In this document: one piece after another, positions 19,501 through 29,077 of the stretch
Position numbering within the stretch: the first letter of the stretch is position 1
Layout: every line of letters starts with the position of its first letter
IMG/VR virus record: IMGVR_UViG_3300020403_002374
Coordinates: 37,582 to 101,581 of that record
Origin: a virus
Direction: 5' to 3' (one strand)
DNA length: 64,000 bases
Notes under the pieces: generated by a model
The model's database searches: none
Told to the model about the DNA's origin: nothing
Seen by the model: only the letters and a program-made list of their open reading frames with translations
Translations under genes and position numbers: made by a program

Positions 19501-21092
19501 TAATAGGCGTGGAATCTTTCTTCAATATCTCTTGGGCCTACGTTATAGTCCACGGCATTTGACTCGTCAGAACTAGCTTTGTACCAAGAAGCACTATTGG
19601 TCATAAGCTGATAGATTTCTCCAATCTTACCAACATCGCCCGCACGCACATCGACTTCTGGCTCACCGGAAGGGTCAATACCTAACTGAGACACAATCCA
19701 GCGACCGTCTATTCTTGTCAACATAACATCTTCATTTTTACGGAATGTTCGATCCGTAGTCATGTTGTAAACGATCAATGTTTCTTTCTTTTTATCGTTT
19801 TCGTCTTCACATCTTGTTTCTTCTGAATTAAGATAGTTTGGTTGCCACTGTAATTTATTACCATTCTGCATACGTATGGGCATTGCTTCACCACTACTCA
19901 ATACAAATCTATCCTTCTCACTAATATTATCTAAAGCCTCTTTAATGTCTAGCTCTATAAGCCTATCTACATCTGGACTGTTAGCTTTGGGAGGTAAATC
20001 ACTAACCATTTTAGCGATTAGATTTGAGTTACCAGCTTCAAACTTCCCGGTATTTGAATTGTAAGACATGTCTAATTCACCAGCAGCTTTGTTTACAGAT
20101 GCCTCTCCTTCATCTACATCTGTCCAAGCTCCATCAGCAGATGCTTCATAAGCCTTACCAGTCACATCACGTCTAACCCCTACAAATGTAGAACTATTTA
20201 GTGCGATACCTTGATTGGTGGTGGGTAAAGTTTTGTCATCATATAGGTACATTTTGAAGTTTACCCATTCTGTAATTGGGCACTCTTCTATAAGTCCATC
20301 ATTAACATTCACATAAAAAGTTACTTGACCACTCCAACTAACAACTGGTAAACCACCCTTTGCAGCTTTGATGTCTGCTAAAAGTTCGTGTTCACCCCAA
20401 ATATCGCTTTTGTTTTCTTTACCAAAAGTAGTATCATCATCTTTGTCCCAAAGTGTTCTTGGGAAGAACTTATCAAAACCTACATGCCACCTGTTCATCT
20501 GTATGAGGTTGTACAGGGGTTCAATTTCTGAACTCATAGATGGATCTGAATTTAATTCAAACTTATCTTGTGCTGTCGTGTCTTTAAAAATTAAATCACC
20601 ATCAAGCTCATCCAAAGTTCCACCGATAATAGGGTTTGCGGAATTGTAGTAATCCCAATTTACATTACCTAAATTAACAGTTCCAATTTGACTTTTGAAT
20701 TCAAAAGAACCTCCATCACCTTTTAAGTCTCCGGGTGCATCATTGCCGTACTTATCACTTAAATTCTGCCTTAAATATCTACCGTCATTTTTTACACCGT
20801 CTGTAGGTTTCCATCCGTACCAAAAGAATTCAGTGTTATCAAAACTCGATTCAGTTGAGTCATTTTCATAAAATCCAAGAATTCCACCATAACCAACATT
20901 TGGGTTATCAAAAGTGTCATCAATGCCTTGTTTCTTGTTGAGGTGTCTTCGGTTTACGTAAACACCATCTCCATTTTTAGTATTCCACCAGTCATAAAGA
21001 GATCCCGTAGTCATAGTAGACAAGCCCAACTCAGCAAAATATGGGTGGTTGGTTTGTATAATATGATAATCTTTTGTAATTGGTTTTTTCAT
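16554..21092 (-). CDS. Large tail tip/baseplate-associated virion protein (1512 aa)
   Basis: Lies downstream of the TMP, Asn/Asp/Gly-rich. Near the C-terminus, NGNGFGTGFSVGD resembles phage GxGYxxGD structural repeats. Confidence 0.55.
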   Translation of the reverse strand: MKKPITKDYHIIQTNHPYFAELGLSTMTTGSLYDWWNTKNGDGVYVNRRHLNKKQGIDDTFDNPNVGYGGILGFYENDSTESSFDNTEFFWYGWKPTDGVKNDGRYLRQNLSDKYGNDAPGDLKGDGGSFEFKSQIGTVNLGNVNWDYYNSANPIIGGTLDELDGDLIFKDTTAQDKFELNSDPSMSSEIEPLYNLIQMNRWHVGFDKFFPRTLWDKDDDTTFGKENKSDIWGEHELLADIKAAKGGLPVVSWSGQVTFYVNVNDGLIEECPITEWVNFKMYLYDDKTLPTTNQGIALNSSTFVGVRRDVTGKAYEASADGAWTDVDEGEASVNKAAGELDMSYNSNTGKFEAGNSNLIAKMVSDLPPKANSPDVDRLIELDIKEALDNISEKDRFVLSSGEAMPIRMQNGNKLQWQPNYLNSEETRCEDENDKKKETLIVYNMTTDRTFRKNEDVMLTRIDGRWIVSQLGIDPSGEPEVDVRAGDVGKIGEIYQLMTNSASWYKASSDESNAVDYNVGPRDIEERFHAYYYNRFNEHTNALFGKYPFYGSHQYDYELNYDIDYGQDGGYNHIKPFSNKIPENRHYWIPARGYVQTTSFDCLDSKVCGIRGRAAGESDICTIATTNPKTNSCGININANPGNRIYGRNGAYTGGFFGLLVEGGYASNSDYFGESRDYVAQPWSYFTGLRASRESNLQSFTAGQIAADAKPFQVGDPEGFDVNAGTNRNNCRHANSKPANEPRQDLDGDIDHRWSRCHFHPEGSMFFQETVNGSTALVQLPADIALNASPSGVNGSPLYSIHKLADMYEAGVPARDTNIYKGANEYLRKVEAVQGETPKYSENDSAFDFKPIGGTLMFRPLKIEAYQQFGSKKANPPQDPDNTSSPQNLTTTTKEVRTGMESEIHRTQFDFSRPVTRCFETREFQDKFNYKNQLFDIQNGLKYGSDIDDIYKYSYNGLSKQCYWATEKNIIGSFLGQTGDGAFQWAPPSMRLGPNAFGVISTFTTVRATKSITITTDNKYGMGNDVSAEFKFGGGVSFDITHTWGAAGPLPDYQKIGYALLAARIFHEHPRNQTVYDPRVFAVHHYNPDIDYAYDMYLDRTSNTTNFNNNSAFSWNRIIAYDDTGSSVTLSNRNGLKKELSGQNAAGEPIVWNYFAPVPSSTVDFKRPARWLLHEDTSYAGAEVHANDGYYVTQYLESGSLMFSNATIDLTNPTPSFFDPPLADEQFWPIVTSRVGKLLPYRYFSYEQGVPSVADNWHESEINILLDGLDHQMFPKTQAPFNENPSFITDLTSNQIKSIIYNGNGFGTGFSVGDKVGIESKNVVLRVTEVADIAGVGEGVPVKLKYEGIGVNVTNTISSGTILSSGFKGPIRLDIIESTNGKDLDLSFLAPQIQSYVVTDPKPRQVIDAQNQTEFIVSSSKTAPQFTQGTYNDQDTGAADAFVVEQNETEIVLDPNFLSENNAYDVFYRFHNDTSMTWLAGDYDAKFHGAGPAGGSASMKLTEQFISASISTS

Positions 21093-21093
21093 C

Positions 21094-24000
21094 CTAGTTC
21101 TCCCGATTTAATCCGTCGTTTGTTCTATTGTCCATGTGCTCATTGTTTTTATCCACCTTGTTTGGTAAAAACTCACTTGGTGTTGTAGAGTACCCCAAGA
21201 ACATACTTGCTAAAGATCCTACAGAATTTTTAGATAGGTTTTGCATAGTTTTCCCCGGCTCATCGCTTTGTAAGACACGTTGCATATCTCTTGTAGTCAT
21301 CATAGTTCCCCCCTCTGACCCTACAATTAATACCTGTTCATCTAGTTCCTCGCCTAGTTCTCTATTGGCCTCTCTTTGTGCTGAATTTTTCTCCACGGTA
21401 TCTAATAGTGTTTTTCCTCCAGCCTGCATCACAGAATTTACTAAATCAGAACTTGTTGATCTTTTTCCAAGACCCCTTCTTGTTGCAGCATTTTTCTCAT
21501 CGGTAAGTTTTTGTCTTTCTCTTGCAATTTGACTTATAGCCATTTCTTTTTGTTTAGCTAGTTTTCCGAATTGAGAAGTGTACAGGTCTAATTTGACAGT
21601 TGTCTTTACTCCACCCTCACTGACGGATATACCAATTGATGTAATTAGTGGTCCTTCATTTTGTAGTGCTGTTGCTAAAGCAATCCCAGTCGGTGCATCT
21701 GGTATTACAAAACCCCCACGCTCACTAAATAACAACAAGCTATTAGAAAAGTTTGCCTTCGTGCTACCCGCCTCATTTAGTAATTGATACCCCGCATAAT
21801 TCCAAGGTGTCAACTCTTCGTCTTTCACAAACTCAACTTTACCACCTATATCAGAAAACTTTATTCTTGCGTCTGCACCGGGATCTAATTGTGATGCGGA
21901 AACCCAAGGACCATAACATCTTTCCATTGACATCAAGGGTATAACAAATAGGTCAGGAACAATTGGAGATGGTGATGAGTAACCGAGAGAAACTTGAGGT
22001 TGACCGGCTATAAAGCCCTGATTAATTATCTTAGTTTGCTTTCTAGCCTCTGTAATCTGTCCTAGAGTAAGCTGGAGCCAGTTTTCTGGCTTTCCCGGTC
22101 TATAACCCGACTCTGGTAGATTGTACCCCCCGCCAAAAATCTTAGCCTTACCAAGTTCAACATAATCCAGAAGGCTAGGTAGGTAATGACTACCAGTTAG
22201 TCCATATCCACTAGCTGCTGCTTCTGCTTCATCTTGAGTGTCAAATACTGGTGCTGGTCCACAAGCAAGTGGTATTCCAGAGTTCGTTTCCGCAAGGTTC
22301 GGTTTGCTAAACGCAGGATTCATAAATACAACATCTTGCATCATTAAGTGTTTTTTCTCCACAGATTTAAATGCTTGCAGAGGTCCATCTTTCCACCTTA
22401 TGTCTGCTGTGCTTTTAATTCTTCCGGGCACAGTAACCAAAGCGTAGACATGTTCATCATCTAGGTTTTTAGTGTCTGACTCTATGATATCTGCTTCTAA
22501 CACAGGGTCATAATTTCTTTTGAAACACCACCAATCTTCAGCGTACCCATCTTTACCACCATCTTTTGGAACTGAAAAAATGGGATTAACATCAGGATAA
22601 TCTGTAATATACTTAGTGGTGCAGTTGTTAGAATCTTTTACTGCTCTAATCTCCGGTTCAGGGACAGTCAACTTCATCTCGTATTCTCTAGCCCAAACGT
22701 CAGTAGACTTTTTCTCTAGTTTTGGAGGCATATAAAACTTTTCATCTAATTCGCACCTAACAAAGGCCATAGACGGAGGCTGTCTTTCTTTCAGTCTTTG
22801 ACCCTTTTCATATTCTTCTAATGAGGAAAATGATAGATCCGGTTTGCTTTCATTATTATTTGGAAGCTGCTCAACAACATCTGGCATGAATGTTCCGCCA
22901 TAAGAAATTGTTTGTTGTGACATTTCTCCACCATTAACACCGCCAAACTCTAGCAGATGACTGTTCTCATACTTGACATAACATTGCATCCGATTAGACT
23001 GAGACATAAAATTAGTGACATCCATCGGGCACAACCCCTGCTGTATAGCAAGCGGTAACTTTGACCAATTACCAAGAATATCAGTGTAATCTAAGGCGGT
23101 GGTATTTATACCAAATTGATCATATGTAAAATACCCACCCTGTGGTTCAGGTTTATAATTCCATTCCCACTGTTCACTGAACGGGTTGTAGTTCCCCTTT
23201 AATGCTCCACCGTCCCAACTAGCAGCAATAGGTAATCTATCGTTTAAGTTTTTAGGATGATCTAACGGGTCTTGGTAATCTTTTAGGTAATGATGTACAA
23301 CGTCACCTTCATCCACCCTTAGCATTTGTCTAATTAATTCTAGACGAATCAAAAATTCTGGAGAGGTTTCAACATTAGGATTATAGTCTACTGCTCTAGG
23401 TTTGAAACCAAAGGGTCCAAATTGAATATTATTTAGAGCTTCAGAACCATCAAAGATTTTTATTCTATTTTTAAAATTAACATTTGCTCGTTTAGGAATT
23501 CTAACTAGGAATTTTTTACCTAAGCACTCTTCAGCCACCTTTCGGACAAACTCGTATACCTTCTTAGCATTTTCATCATGCTTCTTTGCCGTCTTATCTA
23601 TATTGTACAGGAATTTATCTAATAATCCGCCCTCTCCGTCTGCACCGCCTGTTATAGCTTCTACCTCGGCAATTCTATCTTCATTGCCCGACAAATTATT
23701 TTGCAAAGCATCCCAATTCTTATAGACTTTTTTTGCCTCTTCTATATTTTTGACAAATTCTTTGTATTTAGAGGTTGTCTTATATTCTTGATTTGTATCG
23801 GATTTTTGTTGTACAAACTTTCTAAGCTGTGTTTCTAATTTATCTATTCTCTTTTTAAGAATATTTTTAGATGGCACCTCCAGTAAGGGACTTCCACTAT
23901 TTTCAAACTCTTTTTTAAGTTCAACCGTGTCAGTTACCAGCTTCGTTTTGGCGTTTATGATCTTACCAACACCAGCCTCAAGAATTCCAATTCTAGTTGC

Positions 24001-26415
24001 TCTCTTGTAATAAAGAGGATAGCCAAATGGTGGGGAGCAAGGGCTTGCTAGAGTATCGGTATACTCATTCAGGTACTCTTTATCTGATCTGAATACACAT
24101 CTAGGGACAGTAACCGCATATTGTTTACCCTTAATTCTATTCAAAATACCTTCAACAACATCTTTATCTGACCCACTATCAAGTCCATCAAAATCAACAG
24201 CGGTCTTGAAATCATTCATAACGTCATCAATCTGATCATTAACGGAGTTTAACGAAGAAAGAAAAGCAGAATGTTCAGACACATCTTCTATAAAAGTGTC
24301 ATTGTATGAAAGAAGAAAGTTTTTCCAAGACTTGTAACTAACTAATGCAGCCCTAAGTTCCATCTCTGTAGCTATGTATTGATTACCAACACCAAAAGCA
24401 TTTAGTGAAGAAGAGTCCAAAAGAATCTGTTGATACCCGCCAAAACCTCTAGGAATAGTTACAGCCTTTTCTCCAATCATTCCGTAGTAAGGTATTGCCT
24501 GCTGTTGCAACATAGTCGTCAGATCCCACTGTCTCTGACCTATCAGCCTAACCTTTTCTGTATCGAAACGTTGAACCTGTAATTCATCCCTATCTCTCTC
24601 GGTAGAAAAATAGTACATGTCAACTTCTTGACCACCAACCAAAAATTTATCTGTCACAACGTTAGAAAGCTCAAATCCAATATCTCTATTTTCTACGAAT
24701 ACGCCTCTGCTATTTAAATTATCTAGATAAGATTTGATTGCACCGTATCTTGGTTGTTGAGTTTTATCAATAGCATCTAACCTAATAATCCCAGCAACAA
24801 TATTTTCTTTTTTACCAAGCAAAACCTGTTGCTTGTTGTAATTATATAAAAATTCACAAGATGGGTGGTCAATAACAGGTAGTAGAGAGACAAAAAGTTC
24901 ATGACTAATAATGTCACAAAGCTCTTGTGCAAAACTAAGAAGATCCAACTTGTCGAAATCCATGTAATAAAGCAATGGAATTTTTTCTGTAGGAATTCCA
25001 CCAAAATCTACCACATAATTAAAACCTCTAAAGTTTATTTGACTGCCAAACCCCGCATTGAGAAACTCATTGTCTTCTGGTGTGCCTGCACTAAACGGTG
25101 TACCAGTTAATGGATACTCTCCGTAGTACCTAAACATGGCAGCAAGACCTTGTGATATTCTATACCAAGGCATACCTTTTTCGCTACGTCGAGAAAAACC
25201 TTGACCGGTGATAGGCCAGAATTCAGGAGGATTTTTACCGTCTGGTTTTCCTCGTTTTGGAATATAGTACTGATCTAATAGCGTAACTTCTTGCTGTGGA
25301 AACTCTACCTGTCGGCCTTGACCTTCAGAAACATTCCAAGTATACGATGGAATTGTGATCTTAGCTTCAGGACCATCGGTTTTCCAACCTTCAACTCTAT
25401 CCCAATACGATGAAAATCCGTTGTACAAAACCCTGCCGTTATCAAGGACTCGTTTTTCTACAATCCCGGCTCGTGCCGAATTGCCTGCTAGAAACTCCAA
25501 CATCTCTACGGACGGGTCGTGTTCCAAAAAACCATATAAATTTAATATATTCTTATTGTTAAACGTAGTACCCTGATAGTTATTAAACAATATCTGCACA
25601 TTAGATAGGATTTCTCTAGGGTCATTAACGTTTACAGCATATACTGGTTTACCCCCTTGTCCCCTATTTTCTGTATAGCTTTGTAGAATACCGCCAAAAA
25701 CAAAATGATTCCTACCTCTCCAATAGGTATCTTTGTCCCAAAGTAAACTTCTATCTTCTATTGTTCCAGTAATTTCGTCGTATAAAAAATATGGCTGAAG
25801 ATCTACTTTGCTAAAATCTGGTCCAAAACCATCTGCATGTAATTGCTCCACTGTGATTCTGGGGAACTCATAATTAAATGCATTTTCAGAAGCTGGCCCA
25901 ACCTCAATCCTATCTGGTAAAGTTTTTACTTTGTATAGATCGTCAAAAGTCTGTCTATAAGCCTGTTCTACAGACGCTGGATTTTTACCAAACTTAAAAT
26001 AGACAGGTGTGCCAACCGGTGGTGGCTTAAACTGATCTGCTTTAGGAACATATTTTGCGTTAGCTGTTTCTGTGCCATGATAATGATCATCACCTTCACC
26101 AAGTCTGCTTCTATCAGATAAATTATATTCATCGTTGACTAAATTTAGACTTAATGTAGATGTTGAATCACCAAAACCTGCATTTAGATTAAAGTCTCTG
26201 ATTGAAGCACCCAGAAAAGTTTGCTGTATAAACCCCTCGTTACCTACATTTGCTGCTCTTAAATTGTCCCTTGTCCAACCGGCACTAGATAGTAGTCCAC
26301 TAATACCTTGTGGTAGTACGAAATGTTCATACCAATACCCCTCTTGATCATTCGGCTCGTTGTATTGACCACTAGAAGGTATCATCCCAAAGTGGAAATC
26401 ATTTTTATCTGTCAT
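21094..26415 (-). CDS. Putative tail hub / central tail-tip protein (1773 aa)
   Basis: N-terminal FLGASIRDFNLNAGFG...STLSLNLV and C-terminal ITSIGISVSEGGVKTTVKL resemble hub (Tal/gp27-like) strands. Downstream of the TMP. Confidence 0.55.
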   Translation of the reverse strand: MTDKNDFHFGMIPSSGQYNEPNDQEGYWYEHFVLPQGISGLLSSAGWTRDNLRAANVGNEGFIQQTFLGASIRDFNLNAGFGDSTSTLSLNLVNDEYNLSDRSRLGEGDDHYHGTETANAKYVPKADQFKPPPVGTPVYFKFGKNPASVEQAYRQTFDDLYKVKTLPDRIEVGPASENAFNYEFPRITVEQLHADGFGPDFSKVDLQPYFLYDEITGTIEDRSLLWDKDTYWRGRNHFVFGGILQSYTENRGQGGKPVYAVNVNDPREILSNVQILFNNYQGTTFNNKNILNLYGFLEHDPSVEMLEFLAGNSARAGIVEKRVLDNGRVLYNGFSSYWDRVEGWKTDGPEAKITIPSYTWNVSEGQGRQVEFPQQEVTLLDQYYIPKRGKPDGKNPPEFWPITGQGFSRRSEKGMPWYRISQGLAAMFRYYGEYPLTGTPFSAGTPEDNEFLNAGFGSQINFRGFNYVVDFGGIPTEKIPLLYYMDFDKLDLLSFAQELCDIISHELFVSLLPVIDHPSCEFLYNYNKQQVLLGKKENIVAGIIRLDAIDKTQQPRYGAIKSYLDNLNSRGVFVENRDIGFELSNVVTDKFLVGGQEVDMYYFSTERDRDELQVQRFDTEKVRLIGQRQWDLTTMLQQQAIPYYGMIGEKAVTIPRGFGGYQQILLDSSSLNAFGVGNQYIATEMELRAALVSYKSWKNFLLSYNDTFIEDVSEHSAFLSSLNSVNDQIDDVMNDFKTAVDFDGLDSGSDKDVVEGILNRIKGKQYAVTVPRCVFRSDKEYLNEYTDTLASPCSPPFGYPLYYKRATRIGILEAGVGKIINAKTKLVTDTVELKKEFENSGSPLLEVPSKNILKKRIDKLETQLRKFVQQKSDTNQEYKTTSKYKEFVKNIEEAKKVYKNWDALQNNLSGNEDRIAEVEAITGGADGEGGLLDKFLYNIDKTAKKHDENAKKVYEFVRKVAEECLGKKFLVRIPKRANVNFKNRIKIFDGSEALNNIQFGPFGFKPRAVDYNPNVETSPEFLIRLELIRQMLRVDEGDVVHHYLKDYQDPLDHPKNLNDRLPIAASWDGGALKGNYNPFSEQWEWNYKPEPQGGYFTYDQFGINTTALDYTDILGNWSKLPLAIQQGLCPMDVTNFMSQSNRMQCYVKYENSHLLEFGGVNGGEMSQQTISYGGTFMPDVVEQLPNNNESKPDLSFSSLEEYEKGQRLKERQPPSMAFVRCELDEKFYMPPKLEKKSTDVWAREYEMKLTVPEPEIRAVKDSNNCTTKYITDYPDVNPIFSVPKDGGKDGYAEDWWCFKRNYDPVLEADIIESDTKNLDDEHVYALVTVPGRIKSTADIRWKDGPLQAFKSVEKKHLMMQDVVFMNPAFSKPNLAETNSGIPLACGPAPVFDTQDEAEAAASGYGLTGSHYLPSLLDYVELGKAKIFGGGYNLPESGYRPGKPENWLQLTLGQITEARKQTKIINQGFIAGQPQVSLGYSSPSPIVPDLFVIPLMSMERCYGPWVSASQLDPGADARIKFSDIGGKVEFVKDEELTPWNYAGYQLLNEAGSTKANFSNSLLLFSERGGFVIPDAPTGIALATALQNEGPLITSIGISVSEGGVKTTVKLDLYTSQFGKLAKQKEMAISQIARERQKLTDEKNAATRRGLGKRSTSSDLVNSVMQAGGKTLLDTVEKNSAQREANRELGEELDEQVLIVGSEGGTMMTTRDMQRVLQSDEPGKTMQNLSKNSVGSLASMFLGYSTTPSEFLPNKVDKNNEHMDNRTNDGLNREN

Positions 26416-26426
26416 TTCCGTTTTCC

Positions 26427-27155
26427 TTATCCGTAAGCGTTCCAGTCAATAGAAACTTTGTAAGTCGATATGTATGGAATTTTAATAGGTTCTTTGTTTA
26501 TAAAATGATGATGTACATAATCATTGAATATATCAAAATCCTTTATCTGGTTTGATTTAGCTCGTTCACCATTTGAAAATAATGAACCTTTGTATATAAA
26601 TGGTGGTTCACTGGGCTGTGTAACATTTGGATCAAGTTCGCCATTCCAATGAAAAACTCCAGATTCTCTGTTGTTAGCGGCAGGATTCCCCCGTGTGTAA
26701 CCGCTAATGTCCGGTGAGTATGTTTTCAATATTCCAGAAACAGCCCACCAACCAGTAGGAAAGCCACCTACTTCATAGTAACTAAACATGTCTTGAAAAT
26801 CTGTTGGTTTATAACCTGAAAGATAAGCAAACCCCGGAGTGTTAGTCGCAACCCTTCGGTTGGGGTAAGGCCAAGGTTGATTGATGCCTGAAGGTGGATC
26901 TTGCAAGGCAAAAATTCTGTCTTCACCTCTTCTGAGATGGCTCTGATTGTTATCAAAAAAATGTGCTTCAGCAGAGGGCATGATTGAAGAAGGCATAGAG
27001 CTTTCAGGAGCAACTAACTCTAAATCCACACCGAGAAAATTGTGCTGCTGATCAGACTGAATAGTTTCGCCTGTACCTAGCGGTAGCGATGGACCCTTAC
27101 GGGGGACTTCGTTGTAAAAGTCATTCCATGTTTTCCTTCTTCTTGGATCTGACAT
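26427..27155 (-). CDS. Hypothetical virion-associated protein
   Basis: In the tail operon. Contains 5 Ser-Gly sites in about 80 central residues. Confidence 0.5.
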   Translation of the reverse strand: MSDPRRRKTWNDFYNEVPRKGPSLPLGTGETIQSDQQHNFLGVDLELVAPESSMPSSIMPSAEAHFFDNNQSHLRRGEDRIFALQDPPSGINQPWPYPNRRVATNTPGFAYLSGYKPTDFQDMFSYYEVGGFPTGWWAVSGILKTYSPDISGYTRGNPAANNRESGVFHWNGELDPNVTQPSEPPFIYKGSLFSNGERAKSNQIKDFDIFNDYVHHHFINKEPIKIPYISTYKVSIDWNAYG

Positions 27156-27157
27156 GA

Positions 27158-29077
27158 CTACCTATCTAACTCATAAGTCCATGAAATGTTAAAAGAATAC
27201 GCCCCCTCTTTTGGGCTCCAACTCTCAGAAGGCGGGCTTATAAAATACTTACGAACCCCCGGCTCTCCTTGTGGGCTTAGTTCATTCAACAATTCTGCAA
27301 TCTGTGTAGCAGTTGGCTCGACTAAGCTAGGTTTTTTTAACAGCAGTGGGTTTCTCTCTTTTCCGTAAGGTATTTTCGTATAATCCATAGTTAAATTTAT
27401 AGAAACATCTCTTTTGTACTCTGATCTTCCTCCTACGTACTGTAAGATAGGTCCAGTGGCCCTTCCTAGCACTGGAATGACAGCAAAAATATCTCCGGGG
27501 TAAGTGTCATTTACTTGGATACTCTCAGCAAGAACTCCAGAAATGATGTTGGTAGGTCTATTATTAAACGCTAGGTTGTATGATATCTCACCCGCAATCT
27601 GATTTGTAGATAGCGAGATAGAAACAGGTTGTGAATTTAACTCAACAGCGACTATATTATTTGCCCTTTTAAATATTTCGCTACTAAGACCAAATTGACC
27701 ACTGTTTGTGACTGAGTTGTATCTTCTTAAAGCGTTAGTGTAAGCACCACTAGCAATGTTCAACTTTGGATTACCTTGAGTACCGCTAGGATGACCGCCT
27801 TGACCAAAGAATGGCGGCAAATTATTCAGACCTTTTATATTACCATCAATGCTAACATTTATAAATGGATCAGTATTAGATGTTGATGTACTCAATGAGA
27901 AGTTTTCATAAGAGTTACCACTGGCTAACAACCAGTTTTCCGTAACAGAAAAACTACCATTTGTTACATCTATATTTTCTGTTCTAACATGATTATATCC
28001 TCGGTAAGATTCTACTAGGTCCATAGTTCCAGAACCTAAGTGACCAGCAAAGTTGGGATATGATCCACTTGGTTGGCTTGCAAGCCTACTCATAACAAAT
28101 TTTTTAGCCTGAACCCAAGCCGGATTTTTAGCACTTACAGCATTACCGGATTTATCTTTTTCTGGATCATCGTACATATTTTGAGGGCGAACCGTGTTAG
28201 CGATTCTTGGATCAAAATAAGTGCTTTTACCTGTAGCATTTAATGTATGGCTAATTCTGTACGTTCTAGGATTTATATCTGATTCGGCTTGGTTGTCGTC
28301 AACCTCCAAGCTCCAAGTTTCAGAATAGTCTTCTATAAACGCAGTATACTTATCGTTGTAAAGTAGACCTATAGATGTGGAAGATGAATCATTGTTTGGT
28401 CTTCTAATTCCCAGTGTATGATCTGGATTATGGTTTACTACCAAGTCTGCATAATCTACAATGGCATTTGACGCATCTGCCGCACTATCAAAACTACCTC
28501 TAAGTAAGTAATCAGCCTCAAGGACTATTGTATACTCACATTTTGTTATGTAATTACCCTCAGTAAAATCAATATTGACAACCCTTGGAAAACAAGTGAC
28601 TGTAGAACCAGTATTTCCTAGAACGTCTGAAATTTCTACTCTCTGACCATCATCTGCGAACAATGCTCTTAGTGCTCTTTGTTTGCTGAGAATTGCAGAA
28701 GCTGGCTTGTTCACAAGGTTATTATTGCTGTCAGGTGCATCGCCAGTTATTTTTTGTGTAACAGGCTTGTAGTTAGAATTAGAACCAAGCCCAACGTTGT
28801 CAAACGCCTTGTATGGCCCAATAGTGGGTCCGACATGATGTTCAACACTGTTTCCATCAAATGCATCAAATAAAGGACTACTAATAGCCTTAGCTGGATC
28901 TACTGCGTATGGTGTACCATGTTTAGCTAAAAGCGTACCAGTAAGCGTAATATTATATGTGACACCAAATGAACCCTCTTTATTTTTGAGCACATTTTCA
29001 GATATCTGCACAAAGGGTGTTGGTCTTATTGTGCAAGGTTGATTTTCTTGATTTCTATAAAAAACTTTGATTGGCAT
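27158..29077 (-). CDS. Putative distal-tail/baseplate-like protein (639 aa)
   Basis: Recurring beta-strand units (YNITLTG, YRISHTLNATG, VSIDG, ESWSPKEGAYSFNISW) suggest tandem tube-like domains. Context supports a tail role. Confidence 0.5.
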   Translation of the reverse strand: MPIKVFYRNQENQPCTIRPTPFVQISENVLKNKEGSFGVTYNITLTGTLLAKHGTPYAVDPAKAISSPLFDAFDGNSVEHHVGPTIGPYKAFDNVGLGSNSNYKPVTQKITGDAPDSNNNLVNKPASAILSKQRALRALFADDGQRVEISDVLGNTGSTVTCFPRVVNIDFTEGNYITKCEYTIVLEADYLLRGSFDSAADASNAIVDYADLVVNHNPDHTLGIRRPNNDSSSTSIGLLYNDKYTAFIEDYSETWSLEVDDNQAESDINPRTYRISHTLNATGKSTYFDPRIANTVRPQNMYDDPEKDKSGNAVSAKNPAWVQAKKFVMSRLASQPSGSYPNFAGHLGSGTMDLVESYRGYNHVRTENIDVTNGSFSVTENWLLASGNSYENFSLSTSTSNTDPFINVSIDGNIKGLNNLPPFFGQGGHPSGTQGNPKLNIASGAYTNALRRYNSVTNSGQFGLSSEIFKRANNIVAVELNSQPVSISLSTNQIAGEISYNLAFNNRPTNIISGVLAESIQVNDTYPGDIFAVIPVLGRATGPILQYVGGRSEYKRDVSINLTMDYTKIPYGKERNPLLLKKPSLVEPTATQIAELLNELSPQGEPGVRKYFISPPSESWSPKEGAYSFNISWTYELDR